DNA of 64,000 bases from Acidobacteriota bacterium (lineage in GTDB: Bacteria; Acidobacteriota; Terriglobia; Acidiferrales; UBA7541): contig JAKBLM010000003.1 of the NCBI GenBank assembly GCA_021832085.1, forward strand, positions 10,380-74,379. The letters run 5' to 3'. A model generated the notes under the pieces. The model did no database searches. It saw only the letters and a list, made by a program, of their open reading frames with translations, and had not been told where the DNA came from. Shown here piece after piece: positions 27,957-36,972 of this stretch. Each line of letters opens with the position of its first letter. The stretch's first letter is position 1. The translations under genes were made by a program, and so were the position numbers.

Positions 27957-30797
27957 CTAATGACGGTCTGCCAGACCGAGCACTTTCACGACCGCGTCGT
28001 GCAACGCCGGGCGCACCTTCTTGTGCAGTTCGTTTTCCGCCGAGCGATAAACGCGGTTCGTGAGCAGCACGACGAAGAGTTCCTTTTCCGGATCGAGCCA
28101 CAGGGAAGTCCCCGTGAATCCTGTGTGTCCAAAGCTCCCCCGTGAAAAGAATCGCCCGCACGAAGACGCTTCGCCCGGCACATCCCACCCCAACGCCCGA
28201 GCGGCATCGCCAATGGTTTGCCGCGCGGTAAATCGCTGGATGGTCGCTCGCTCGAGCAGCCGCCGGTGCGCGTAGCTGCCGCCGTTCAGCAGCATCTGGC
28301 AAAAAACGGCCAGATCGCCCGTCGTCGAAAACAGCCCTGCATGGCCCGCCACGCCGCCCATTGCCGAAGCGTTCTGATCGTGTACTTCGCCCCATACCTG
28401 CCGCCTGCGCCACGTCTTGTCGTTTTCCGTCGGCGCGATGCGCGCTCGCAGCCCGCGCCCGGGCCGGAAGCGCGACGCTGTCATCCCGAGCGGCCGGAAA
28501 ATTCGCTCGCGCGCCAGCTCGTCGAGACTCATGCCGCTCATCTGCCGCACGATTTCCCCGAGTAGAATGAAATCGAGATCGGAATAGACGATCCTCGTCC
28601 CCGGCTCCGATTCGAGCGGCTCGGCAAGCACACGCGAGAGGATGGAGCGGTATCCCTTCGCCTTCCGGAAGAACTCGCGATGCGCAGGCAGCCCAGAGCT
28701 GTGCCGGAGCAAGTCTTCGATCGTGACTTTCGCGCGCCATTCGCGTTGCGGACCCTCCACCCACTCGGGCAGGTAGAGCGTGACCGGCGCGTCGAGCCGC
28801 AGCATTCCCGCTTCCACCAGTTGCATCGCCGCTGTCGTAGTTACCACCACTTTCGTCAGCGAGGCGACGTCGTAAATTGTGTCCGCTGTCACGGCCGGCG
28901 ATTTTGCGCTGTAGGTTTGCCGCCCGAAGCGATGCACGATCAGCCGCCCTTCGTGCCCCACGGCGAGCACGCCGCCCGGAAACGCGCGGTCATTCACCGC
29001 CTGCTCGAGCACGTCGCGAGCTGGTTGCAGCGCCTCTTCCATTTCCACTGAGCCAGCGGCGAGCGTCATCGGATTGGCTCCCACACGCAATCCCAAGCCC
29101 ATCGCCGCCACTCCCGGCACAGTCACCGGCAGCTTGCCGCCGATGGCCACCTCGCCGAAAATGGCGCGCCCCATTGCCCGTTCGGCCACAGGCGTCGTGC
29201 TGAAAGCGGCGATCCAGCATCGCGCGCCAGGGAAATGCGAAATCAGGTAGGGACTGCCGAAGCAGGCGACGACCACCGGCTTTCCCGCAGCCAGCACGCG
29301 CCCAACCAGCTTCGCCTGCTCCTCCGGCAAGCCGATCGTGCCCTTGCGGTCGGCCACGCGAACGTAGAGCGCCACGATGGCCACGTCGTAACTCTCTGCC
29401 GCAGGCAACTCCACGCGCTCGGGAGGAACGAATCGCGCATCGCTGCGCAGCACCTCGAGAGAATCCACGCGCCCGCGAATTTCGTTTTCCAATCCATCGC
29501 CCGGCAGCAGCTCGGGATCGGCCGAAATCGCCACCAGCAGTGCCCGCGCCGGCCGAGTCGCATCGAGCGGCAGCAGGTGGTCTCCGTCGCGCAGCAGCGT
29601 CACGCCACGATCGGCGATATCGAGCGCCTCGCGCGCGAATTCCGGTCTGCCAAACGCTTCGTTCAACCGGCCGAGGTCTACCGCTGGCCGTTTCTCAAGC
29701 CCCAGCCTCGCCTTGGCGAAAAGGATGCGCCGCACGGCGTCGTCGATTTTCGCCATGGCCAGCCGCCCCTCGCGCACAGCTTCGCGGAGCGAGCTGAGCG
29801 CTGCCTCCGGGCTCGGCGGAAGCAGCAAAATATCCGCACCCGCCTGCATCGAGAGCACTGCCGTGCGATTCGCGGGGTAGAGCATGGCCACGCCGGCCAT
29901 GTCGAGCGAATCGGTGACCACCAGTCCCCGAAATCCCATGTCGCGCCGCAGCAGCCCGTCGATGATCGTGGGCGACAGCGTCACCGGCAGCTTTCGGTTC
30001 GGTTCGAGAGCGGGCACCAGAAGGTGCCCGGTCATCATCGAGCCCACGCCGGCCCGGATCGCCGCGCGGAACGGCGCCAACTCGACCCGCTCCAGCCGCT
30101 CCCGGTCGCCCGTGATCACTGGCAGCCCCATGTGCGAATCGACGTCGGTGTCGCCGTGGCCGGGGAAATGTTTGGCCGTGGCGAGCACGCCATTCGCCTG
30201 CGCCCCGTGCACAAATTGCGCCGCCAGTTCGCCCACCTTCGCCGGGTCCTCGCCGAATGAGCGAATGTTGATGATCGGGTTCGCCGGGTTGTTGTTGACA
30301 TCCGAAACCGGCGCAAAGATCCAGTTCACGCCGGCAGCCCTGGCTTCGAGTGCGGTGATCCGGCCGTGACGGTACGCGTCGCGCGGATTGCCGGTCGCCG
30401 CAACGGCCATCAGGTGGGGCAGGGAAGTCCCTTCGGCGAGGCGCATTGCCGTCCCGGTCTCGAAATCGGCCGCGACCAGCAGCGGGATCTTCGCAGCGCT
30501 CTGCAGCCGGTTGAGCAGCGCTGCGGTCGGATAGACGCGGTCGATCTCGATGCCGGCCGGCGTGCGAAACGCCTGGAGCAGCAGCCCGCCGACTTTACCC
30601 CCGGTCACCCAGTTTTCCAGCCGCCGCAGTTCCGGGTCCCCGGCCGAGGTGAACCGGCCCCACACGTAGAGCATCAGCAGCTGCCCCAGCTTTTCGTCGA
30701 GCGTCATGCGCGCGAGCGTCCGCTCGACCCAACTTGCCCCTGGGTGCGATGCCCGGGGAGATTTCCGCTGCTTGTTCTGCTTTGCTCGAGAAGCCAT
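27957..30797 (-). CDS. fusion protein: GH3 beta-N-acetylhexosaminidase (NagZ-like, two-domain) + C-terminal beta-lactamase-fold serine hydrolase (AmiE/AmpH-like)
   Basis: GH3 motif ATAKHFPGHGDTDVDSHMGLPV. A GH3 C-terminal-like sandwich region follows (KPVVVACFGSPYLISHFPG...). The serine hydrolase domain has SxxK (VASLTKVVV), YSDLDFILLGEIV and GHTGFTGTSLWLDP. I prefer ATG 30797 (GAGG 9 nt upstream) because the track start 30914 would leave only 10 nt before the divergent gene. No signal peptide is evident. Confidence 0.85.
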   Translation of the reverse strand: MASRAKQNKQRKSPRASHPGASWVERTLARMTLDEKLGQLLMLYVWGRFTSAGDPELRRLENWVTGGKVGGLLLQAFRTPAGIEIDRVYPTAALLNRLQSAAKIPLLVAADFETGTAMRLAEGTSLPHLMAVAATGNPRDAYRHGRITALEARAAGVNWIFAPVSDVNNNPANPIINIRSFGEDPAKVGELAAQFVHGAQANGVLATAKHFPGHGDTDVDSHMGLPVITGDRERLERVELAPFRAAIRAGVGSMMTGHLLVPALEPNRKLPVTLSPTIIDGLLRRDMGFRGLVVTDSLDMAGVAMLYPANRTAVLSMQAGADILLLPPSPEAALSSLREAVREGRLAMAKIDDAVRRILFAKARLGLEKRPAVDLGRLNEAFGRPEFAREALDIADRGVTLLRDGDHLLPLDATRPARALLVAISADPELLPGDGLENEIRGRVDSLEVLRSDARFVPPERVELPAAESYDVAIVALYVRVADRKGTIGLPEEQAKLVGRVLAAGKPVVVACFGSPYLISHFPGARCWIAAFSTTPVAERAMGRAIFGEVAIGGKLPVTVPGVAAMGLGLRVGANPMTLAAGSVEMEEALQPARDVLEQAVNDRAFPGGVLAVGHEGRLIVHRFGRQTYSAKSPAVTADTIYDVASLTKVVVTTTAAMQLVEAGMLRLDAPVTLYLPEWVEGPQREWRAKVTIEDLLRHSSGLPAHREFFRKAKGYRSILSRVLAEPLESEPGTRIVYSDLDFILLGEIVRQMSGMSLDELARERIFRPLGMTASRFRPGRGLRARIAPTENDKTWRRRQVWGEVHDQNASAMGGVAGHAGLFSTTGDLAVFCQMLLNGGSYAHRRLLERATIQRFTARQTIGDAARALGWDVPGEASSCGRFFSRGSFGHTGFTGTSLWLDPEKELFVVLLTNRVYRSAENELHKKVRPALHDAVVKVLGLADRH

Positions 30798-30880
30798 TCG
30801 CTCGAACCTCAATTCGGGAGTTGCGAAACGGTGAAAATCCGCGAAAAACCTGCAAAAACGGCGTGCCCGCTGCGCGGCAG

Positions 30881-30910
30881 TTGACGCGGAACGGCCGGGG
30901 CTTGTATATA
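30881..30910 (+). promoter_or_regulatory. sigma70-type promoter candidate for the NamZ-fusion gene
   Basis: TTGACG (30881..30886), 18 nt spacer, TATATA (30905..30910) preceded by TG. The ATG is at 30925, so the leader is short. Confidence 0.4.
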
Positions 30911-30924
30911 GCACAGGCTAAGTC

Positions 30925-33306
30925 ATGAAGAAACCATTTGCAGTCTCCGGATCCCTGATTCTCCCCGTACTCGTCGTCGCGCTTGCCGCTTCGGTCATTG
31001 CCGCCGTGCCCGGCCCGCCGAAGCTCTCCGACGTCGATGCCATCATCAACAAGGCTATCTCGAAAAACGAATTGCCCGGCGCCGTGCTCGTGGTAGGACA
31101 TCGCGGACGCATCGTCTACGAAAAGGCCTATGGCATGCGCGCGTACGCCCCGCGTCGTCAGCGCATGACGGTCAATACGATTTTTGACCTCGCTTCGCTG
31201 ACCAAGGTTTATGCCACCGCTCCGTCGATCATGCTGCTGTTCCAGCAAGGCAAGATCGACCTGAACGAGCCCGTGGCCCACTACCTGCCGCAGTTTGGCG
31301 CCAACGGCAAGAGCCAGATCACCGTTCGCATGCTGCTCACTCATTTTTCCGGCCTGCGCCCCGATCCGATCATCCCGCCTGGCGTCAAGGGCTACAAAGC
31401 CATCCTCCATATCATCTATGCTGACCACCCGGTGGCGCCGCCCGGAATGCGCTTCATCTATAGCGACTGCAATTTCATCGTTCTTGGCCAGCTCGTGCAG
31501 AAGATCTCCGGCTTGCCCTTGAACGTTTTCGCCCAGCGCTATCTCTATCGTCCACTGGGCATGTACCACACGCGTTTCCTGCCGCCGAAAAGCTGGATCC
31601 CGCGCATTGCGCCCACCCTGGACGTCCACGGCGTGCCGCTGCGAGGCGTGGTGGAGGACCCGACCGCGAGAGCCATGGGCGGCGTCGCCGGCCATGCGGG
31701 GCTCTTTTCGGACGCCCACGATCTGGCGATTTTCTCCCAGATGATGCTGAATAACGGGCGCATCCCCAGGGGGCGGTATCGCGGCCGCTACCTGTTCCAG
31801 CCGTCGGTGGTTCATAAAATGACGTCGGTGCAGTCGCCGCCGTGGAGTCCGGATCTGGAAGGCCTCGGCTGGGACATCGACAGCCTTTTCGACTCGAACC
31901 GCGGCGGACTCTTTCCGATCGGTTCCTACGGCCACACCGGTTATACGGGCACGTCCGTGTGGATCGATCCGGCGAGCCAGACCTACGTGATCCTGCTCGC
32001 CAGCAGGCTGTATCCCCATTACCGTCCGCCGATCTTGAGCCTGCGCTACCGTGTCGCCACACTGGTTGCGGCGGCGCTCGGCGCCGGCGCCCGCACCGGA
32101 CCCAGTTCCCCGATCTTTCGCAGCATCGGCGCCGATCGGCCTTACAATCTGGCCGGCATCACCACGCATAACGACCAGACCCTCACCGGCATCGATGTGC
32201 TCGAACAGGAGCATTTCGCGCCGCTCCAGGGCAAGCGCGTGGGCCTGATCACCAACAACACCGGCGTCGACCGCGAGGATCGGCGCACCATCGACGTTCT
32301 CGATCACGCCCCCGGCGTCAAGCTGGTGGCCATCTTCAGCCCGGAGGGTGGCATCACCGGCATGGCCAACACCTTCGTTCCAAACAGCCGGGACCCGGCG
32401 ACGGGCCTGCCCATCTACAGTCTCTACGGCAAGACGCGGCGGCCCACGGCCAGCGAGCTGAAAGGCATCAACGCGCTCGTTTACGACCTTCAAGATGCCG
32501 GCGTCCGCTTCTACACCTTCACTACCACCATGGTCTATTGCATGCAGGCCGCTGCCAAATTTCACATCCCCTTCTTCGTGCTCGACCGACCCGATCCGCT
32601 CGGCGGCGAGCGCATTGCGGGCCCGATGCTCGATCCTGACCGGCTTTCCTTTGTCGGTGCTTTCCCCATGCCGGTCATCTACGGCATGACCATCGGCGAG
32701 CTGGCGGAGATGATCAACGCACAGGACCACATCGGCGCCGATCTCACCGTCATCAAGATGAAGGACTGGCACCGCCGCGACACATTCGACCAGACCGGCC
32801 TCGTTTGGGTTCCTCCGTCGCCCAATCTCCGCAACATCAGTGAAACGCTGCTTTATCCGGGCATCGAGATCCTGCAGGCCGGCGGCGTTTCGGTCGGCCG
32901 CGGCACCGATACTCCGTTCGAGGTCGTTGGCGCACCCTACATCCACGCAGCCGAGTTCGCCGACTACCTTAACCACCAATTCATCCCCGGCCTCCGCTTC
33001 GTGCCCGTCTACTTCACGCCCACGAGCGGTATCTTCCACGGCCAACTCTGCGGAGGTGTCGAACTGCTCGTCACCGACCGGGCGTCGGTTTTCCCGATGC
33101 TGACGGGCATCGAACTTGCCTCGGCCCTACACCACTTCTACCCGCACGATTTCCAGCTGGGCCGCATTATCGAACTGCTTGGTTCGCGCTCCACTCTCGC
33201 GGAGTTGGAAAAGGGCGATGCCCCTTCCAGCATTGTCCTTAGCTGGGACCGGCAGATCGAGAAATTCCGCCAGATACGGAAGAAATATCTGCTCTATCCG
33301 AATTGA
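30925..33306 (+). CDS. fusion protein: N-terminal beta-lactamase-fold serine hydrolase (AmiE/AmpH-like) + C-terminal DUF1343 (NamZ-like exo-beta-N-acetylmuramidase) domain
   Basis: Signal peptide MKKPFAVSGSLILPVLVVALAASVIAA. Hydrolase motifs LASLTKVYA, YSDCNFIVLGQLV and GHTGYTGTSVWIDP. DUF1343 hallmarks GKRVGLITNNTGVDREDRRTIDVL, VKLVAIFSPEGGITG and LVYDLQDAGVRFYTFTTTM. Confidence 0.85.
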   Translation: MKKPFAVSGSLILPVLVVALAASVIAAVPGPPKLSDVDAIINKAISKNELPGAVLVVGHRGRIVYEKAYGMRAYAPRRQRMTVNTIFDLASLTKVYATAPSIMLLFQQGKIDLNEPVAHYLPQFGANGKSQITVRMLLTHFSGLRPDPIIPPGVKGYKAILHIIYADHPVAPPGMRFIYSDCNFIVLGQLVQKISGLPLNVFAQRYLYRPLGMYHTRFLPPKSWIPRIAPTLDVHGVPLRGVVEDPTARAMGGVAGHAGLFSDAHDLAIFSQMMLNNGRIPRGRYRGRYLFQPSVVHKMTSVQSPPWSPDLEGLGWDIDSLFDSNRGGLFPIGSYGHTGYTGTSVWIDPASQTYVILLASRLYPHYRPPILSLRYRVATLVAAALGAGARTGPSSPIFRSIGADRPYNLAGITTHNDQTLTGIDVLEQEHFAPLQGKRVGLITNNTGVDREDRRTIDVLDHAPGVKLVAIFSPEGGITGMANTFVPNSRDPATGLPIYSLYGKTRRPTASELKGINALVYDLQDAGVRFYTFTTTMVYCMQAAAKFHIPFFVLDRPDPLGGERIAGPMLDPDRLSFVGAFPMPVIYGMTIGELAEMINAQDHIGADLTVIKMKDWHRRDTFDQTGLVWVPPSPNLRNISETLLYPGIEILQAGGVSVGRGTDTPFEVVGAPYIHAAEFADYLNHQFIPGLRFVPVYFTPTSGIFHGQLCGGVELLVTDRASVFPMLTGIELASALHHFYPHDFQLGRIIELLGSRSTLAELEKGDAPSSIVLSWDRQIEKFRQIRKKYLLYPN

Positions 33307-33315
33307 TCCGGTTCG

Positions 33316-33353
33316 CGGCGGATCCCCAGCGGGGCAGTTTCGGGGATCCGCCG
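33316..33353 (+). terminator. strong stem-loop directly after the NamZ-fusion stop (no U tract)
   Basis: Perfect 12-bp inverted repeat CGGCGGATCCCC / GGGGATCCGCCG with a 14-nt loop, beginning 10 nt after the TGA at 33304..33306. Confidence 0.4.
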
Positions 33354-33493
33354 ACGCCGGGTGCAATCCGGAATCCCGTTCATCGCCCGTTCGGCCAAAG
33401 TTCGCGAAGGCGGCCCTTCGTTTCGCGAAAATTGCATGCCAGCCTGAGCCGAGCAGGCGCTTACTTTTCAGGCTTGGAAATTCCTGGAGTAGG

Positions 33494-34198
33494 ATGACAC
33501 CGATGTGCGCTTCCCACCCGAAGGCATGGCTTTCCTGGAGCAGCGGCAAGGACAGCGCCTGGGCCCTGCACGTCGTCCGGGAGCAAGCCAAGCTGGACGT
33601 CGTCGCCCTGCTGACCACCGTCAACCGCGTGTTCGGCCGCGTCTCCATGCATGGCGTGCGCGAAGCTCTCGTCGACGCCCAAGCTGAGCGCGCGGGCTTG
33701 CCGCTGGTCAAAGTCCCGATCCCGTACCCTTGCCCAAACGCGGCCTACGAAGCGGCAATGGCCGCCGCCATGGATAGGGCGCGCGCCGAGGGCGTCACCC
33801 ATGTCGTTTTCGGCGATCTTTTCCTCGAAGACATCCGCCAGTATCGCGAACAGCAACTCGCCCGCTGCTCGATTACGCCGGTCTTTCCGCTCTGGCAGCT
33901 CGATACAGCCGATTTGGCCCGGCAGATGGTCGCCAGCGGTCTGGAGGCCTGGCTCGCCTGCGTCGATCCGCGCAAGCTCGATCGCGCTTTCGCCGGCCGC
34001 AAATTCAACACAGGCCTGCTCGCCGACCTGCCAGCAGGAATCGACCCGTGCGGCGAATACGGCGAATTTCACACCTTTGCCAGCGCCGGTCCCATGTTCC
34101 GATCGCCGATCCCGGTCGCGTTGGGAGATATGGTGGACCGCGAAGGGTTCGTTTACGCCGACCTGCTGCCTCAGGCCGTCACGCCGCCGACCCGCTGA
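33494..34198 (+). CDS. adenine-nucleotide alpha-hydrolase superfamily protein, MJ0570/Dph6-related ATP pyrophosphatase type
   Basis: Internal ATG 33494 of ORF 33116..34198. PP-loop-like WSSGKDSAWAL. C-terminal GEYGEFHTFASAGPMF is typical of this family. Confidence 0.7.
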   Translation: MTPMCASHPKAWLSWSSGKDSAWALHVVREQAKLDVVALLTTVNRVFGRVSMHGVREALVDAQAERAGLPLVKVPIPYPCPNAAYEAAMAAAMDRARAEGVTHVVFGDLFLEDIRQYREQQLARCSITPVFPLWQLDTADLARQMVASGLEAWLACVDPRKLDRAFAGRKFNTGLLADLPAGIDPCGEYGEFHTFASAGPMFRSPIPVALGDMVDREGFVYADLLPQAVTPPTR

Positions 34199-34405
34199 CC
34201 ACCGGTCCGCGGTCCGCTGGCGTGTCCCTGCCTTGGTGGCCACGATGGGCGCCTTCCCGGCCGTGGGCTGTCCTCCGCGTCGACTTTCGACACAGCTCAA
34301 GACACACCAGCGGCATCCTAGCGCCCTTGAGGTTTTCGCATATGGGAAACTTCTTGGGGTACGGGAACGGCTCGCCGGCCTCAGCCCGGGTTTGAAAACT
34401 GCGGC

Positions 34406-35917
34406 CTAATATCCCGAGGGTTGCTGCGAGCCGAAGGCGATCATCATCGGCGTGTTTTTCACGAGCACGACATTGTGCCCGCGCGCGAGGAAATGGTCGT
34501 AGACCGACCAGCCGGCGCCGTAGATGCCCAGCACCTGGCCCAGCGTTCGCGATGTCACTGTGGCCCCGATGATCAGTCCGACCAGATGAAAGCCGGAACC
34601 ACCCGCCAGTCCACGATTGCTCAAGTCCCCGCCGCGGCTGGCGCCTGCGCTGCCGGCATCGGAATCGAAAGTGGAGGTGGCAATCGCCATCGATAGTGCG
34701 GTGTTGAAATACCGCCGCTTGCGCGTGGGGATGGTCGCGCCGCCTTCAGAATCGAGCGCAATCCGCGAGCTGCGGCCCACGTCGAGCCCCTCAATGTTGG
34801 CGTCAACCAGAGCCGTGGCGCCCGAGGGCAATTGCACTTTGCGGATGGCAATGCGAAGCAGTCCGTTGCGATGCAACCGCCGCGCCGGATGCACCTGCAC
34901 CACCGAGCCCTCAAGCTTTGTCCCTTCCGGCAGCACCAGCAGCTTCTTGTGTGGCGAGAAGATCGGCTCGGTCATCACTGCCACTACCGGCGTACCCTTG
35001 CGCGCCGTCGCCGAGCTCAGGGTGGTTAGGAGCCGCGCTCGCACCACGCTATTCGCGGGCGGCAGGTTGCCGTAATCGGCCAGCGCCCCGGGCGCCAGCG
35101 TTTCCTGTCCGCAATCGAGCGGGTGAACGAGTTCGGCGTCGAAAACGGTTCCCGCGCGCAAATACTGATGGTGATAGGGCAGCTCGCTGATCGCGAATCT
35201 TTTCAGGTAGCGGAAGCTCACCAAACGCTTCACCTCCCGCAGCCCCGCGTGCCACTGCGCTGCCACCGTCCGTTCCGCCCGGTGGATCAGACCGGGCTTG
35301 ACCGGCTTCTGCTGTTGCGCCACCAGCCGGATGACATTCCGAATCCCCGCAGAGACTGTCGTATCGATTGGTATCCGCTTCCCGTTGTTCAGCGCCAGGG
35401 TGTCGAATTCCAAACGTGCGCTGCGTAGCGGCGTGAAATTCCCGCTCATCAGTGCTTCCGCCCGTCGCCATTTGGGGGCCGGAATAATCTGCACCACTTT
35501 CCCGGTTACCCTGCTCCCGGCCGGGATCACCACCCGGTTGAAGGCATAGACGGGCTCGACCACCCGCGCCGCCACCGGCACGCCTACCTTGTTGATCGGC
35601 ACCTTCTTCAGCAGCGCCACTCGCAGCGGCGTCTCGGCCGGCACAATCAGCTTGATATGCCTGGGAGTGACCGTCACCTTGCGCGCCTCTTCGCGCTTGC
35701 GCCGAAGAAGCACAGACTGAAGCCGGGCAAGCCGTGGGGCGGGAATCGATTTCGAAGCTTTTTTGTGGGATTGGGCCGGCGCCGCTTGTGCCATGGCCGT
35801 AGCCGCGCACAGGAAAAGGGCGCTGCCTAAGACGGACAAACACCATACGTCGGTTTTTCGATAGGATTGGATAGTCCCCCGGCCTCCAAGCGCCATCACC
35901 TTACCCCCATTCCGCAC
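34406..35917 (-). CDS. hypothetical secreted protein with two VirB10/TrbI-like beta-barrel modules and a Gly-rich C-terminal region
   Basis: 503 aa with signal peptide VLGSALFLCAATAMAQA. There is an internal repeat: PLRVALLKKVPINKVGVPVAARVVEPVYAFNRVVIPAGSRVTGKVVQI versus VVRARLLTTLSSATARKGTPVVAVMTEPIFSPHKKLLVLPEGTKLEGSVVQV. C-terminal hydrophobic/Gly segment GLAGGSGFHLVGLIIGATV. Confidence 0.7.
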   Translation of the reverse strand: MRNGGKVMALGGRGTIQSYRKTDVWCLSVLGSALFLCAATAMAQAAPAQSHKKASKSIPAPRLARLQSVLLRRKREEARKVTVTPRHIKLIVPAETPLRVALLKKVPINKVGVPVAARVVEPVYAFNRVVIPAGSRVTGKVVQIIPAPKWRRAEALMSGNFTPLRSARLEFDTLALNNGKRIPIDTTVSAGIRNVIRLVAQQQKPVKPGLIHRAERTVAAQWHAGLREVKRLVSFRYLKRFAISELPYHHQYLRAGTVFDAELVHPLDCGQETLAPGALADYGNLPPANSVVRARLLTTLSSATARKGTPVVAVMTEPIFSPHKKLLVLPEGTKLEGSVVQVHPARRLHRNGLLRIAIRKVQLPSGATALVDANIEGLDVGRSSRIALDSEGGATIPTRKRRYFNTALSMAIATSTFDSDAGSAGASRGGDLSNRGLAGGSGFHLVGLIIGATVTSRTLGQVLGIYGAGWSVYDHFLARGHNVVLVKNTPMMIAFGSQQPSGY

Positions 35918-35951
35918 TGTTTCCGATTCTAACAGAAGCCGCCGGGTAGCC

Positions 35952-35979
35952 TCGACAGATTCCCGGGACGGCTTATACT
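35952..35979 (+). promoter_or_regulatory. promoter candidate for 35993 gene
   Basis: TCGACA, 16 nt spacer, TATACT. The -10 element ends 13 nt before ATG 35993, and no SD is present. Confidence 0.25.
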
Positions 35980-35992
35980 GGCCTCCTAACTT

Positions 35993-36922
35993 ATGATGCG
36001 AATTTGCTCTCTATTGCCAGCAGCAACCGAAATCCTTTTTGCGTTGGGCCTCGGCAACGAGGTCGTCGCCGTCACGCACGAATGTGATTATCCGGCGGAG
36101 GCGCGCAATCGCCCGGTGGTGATCCGGTCCCGCATCGATACCACCGCCTCGGCCGGCGAGATCGATCGGCAGGTGCGCGCCTGCATCGAGCGCGGCGAAA
36201 GCGTCTATGCGATAGATGCGGAACGCTTTCGCGCCCTCGCCCCCGATCTGGTGATTACGCAGGAACTCTGCCAGGTGTGCGCCGCCTCGCCCGACGATCT
36301 CGCGGCCGTGCTCGCCCGGCTGCCCAGTCCGCCCCAGGTCGTGATCCTCAGCCCGAGCCGCCTTGCCGACGTCTGGCACGATATTCGCCGCCTGGGCGAG
36401 GTCACCGGCCGCGCCGCCGCTGCCGAGGACCTGGCCGCCACGCTCGAATCGCGCGTCCGCGCCGTGCAGGCGCGCATGAGCGGCGCGCCACGCCCTCGCG
36501 TGCTCTGCCTCGAATGGCTCGATCCGCCCTACGCCGGCGGTCACTGGATACCCGAGATGGTCGAGCTGGCCGGCGGCGAGCCGTTGCTCAGCCGCGCGGG
36601 CGAACCTGCGGTCCCGCTCCAATGGGAGCAAGTGCTCGCCAGCCGTCCCGAAGTCATCGTGCTGATGCCTTGCGGCTACAACCTGGAAAGAACCCTCGCC
36701 GAATACAGGCAAGCGAGCCTGCCCGCCGGCTGGTGGGACTTGCCCGCCGTGCGCAACGGCCGCGTCTCGGCCGTCGACGGCAATAGCTACTTTTCCCGCT
36801 CCGGCCCGCGCCTCGCCGCCGGCGTGGAAATCCTCGCCCATGTCCTGCATCCGGACCTGGCGATCGACCCCATTCCCCCCGGCGCTCTCGCCCCGGCCGA
36901 ACGCGCCGCTCCCCGCTCCTGA
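35993..36922 (+). CDS. periplasmic-binding-protein fold protein (BtuF/FhuD-like, Peripla_BP_2 type) without obvious signal peptide
   Basis: 309 aa. N-terminus MMRICSLLPAATEILFALGLGNEVVAVTHECDYP and PDLVITQELCQVC. The pattern matches cobalamin/siderophore-binding-type proteins. Confidence 0.7.
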   Translation: MMRICSLLPAATEILFALGLGNEVVAVTHECDYPAEARNRPVVIRSRIDTTASAGEIDRQVRACIERGESVYAIDAERFRALAPDLVITQELCQVCAASPDDLAAVLARLPSPPQVVILSPSRLADVWHDIRRLGEVTGRAAAAEDLAATLESRVRAVQARMSGAPRPRVLCLEWLDPPYAGGHWIPEMVELAGGEPLLSRAGEPAVPLQWEQVLASRPEVIVLMPCGYNLERTLAEYRQASLPAGWWDLPAVRNGRVSAVDGNSYFSRSGPRLAAGVEILAHVLHPDLAIDPIPPGALAPAERAAPRS

Positions 36923-36972
36923 TCGCCCGTATCCTGCCTCAACCTGTGCGCCGCCGCTTCCGTGCGCTCCGC

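Noticed and set aside
30595-33045. 816-aa minus-strand ORF overlapping the NamZ-fusion gene
   Set aside because: It is antisense to a gene with strong DUF1343 and SxxK motifs and has low-complexity composition. It would also run across the divergent promoter region.
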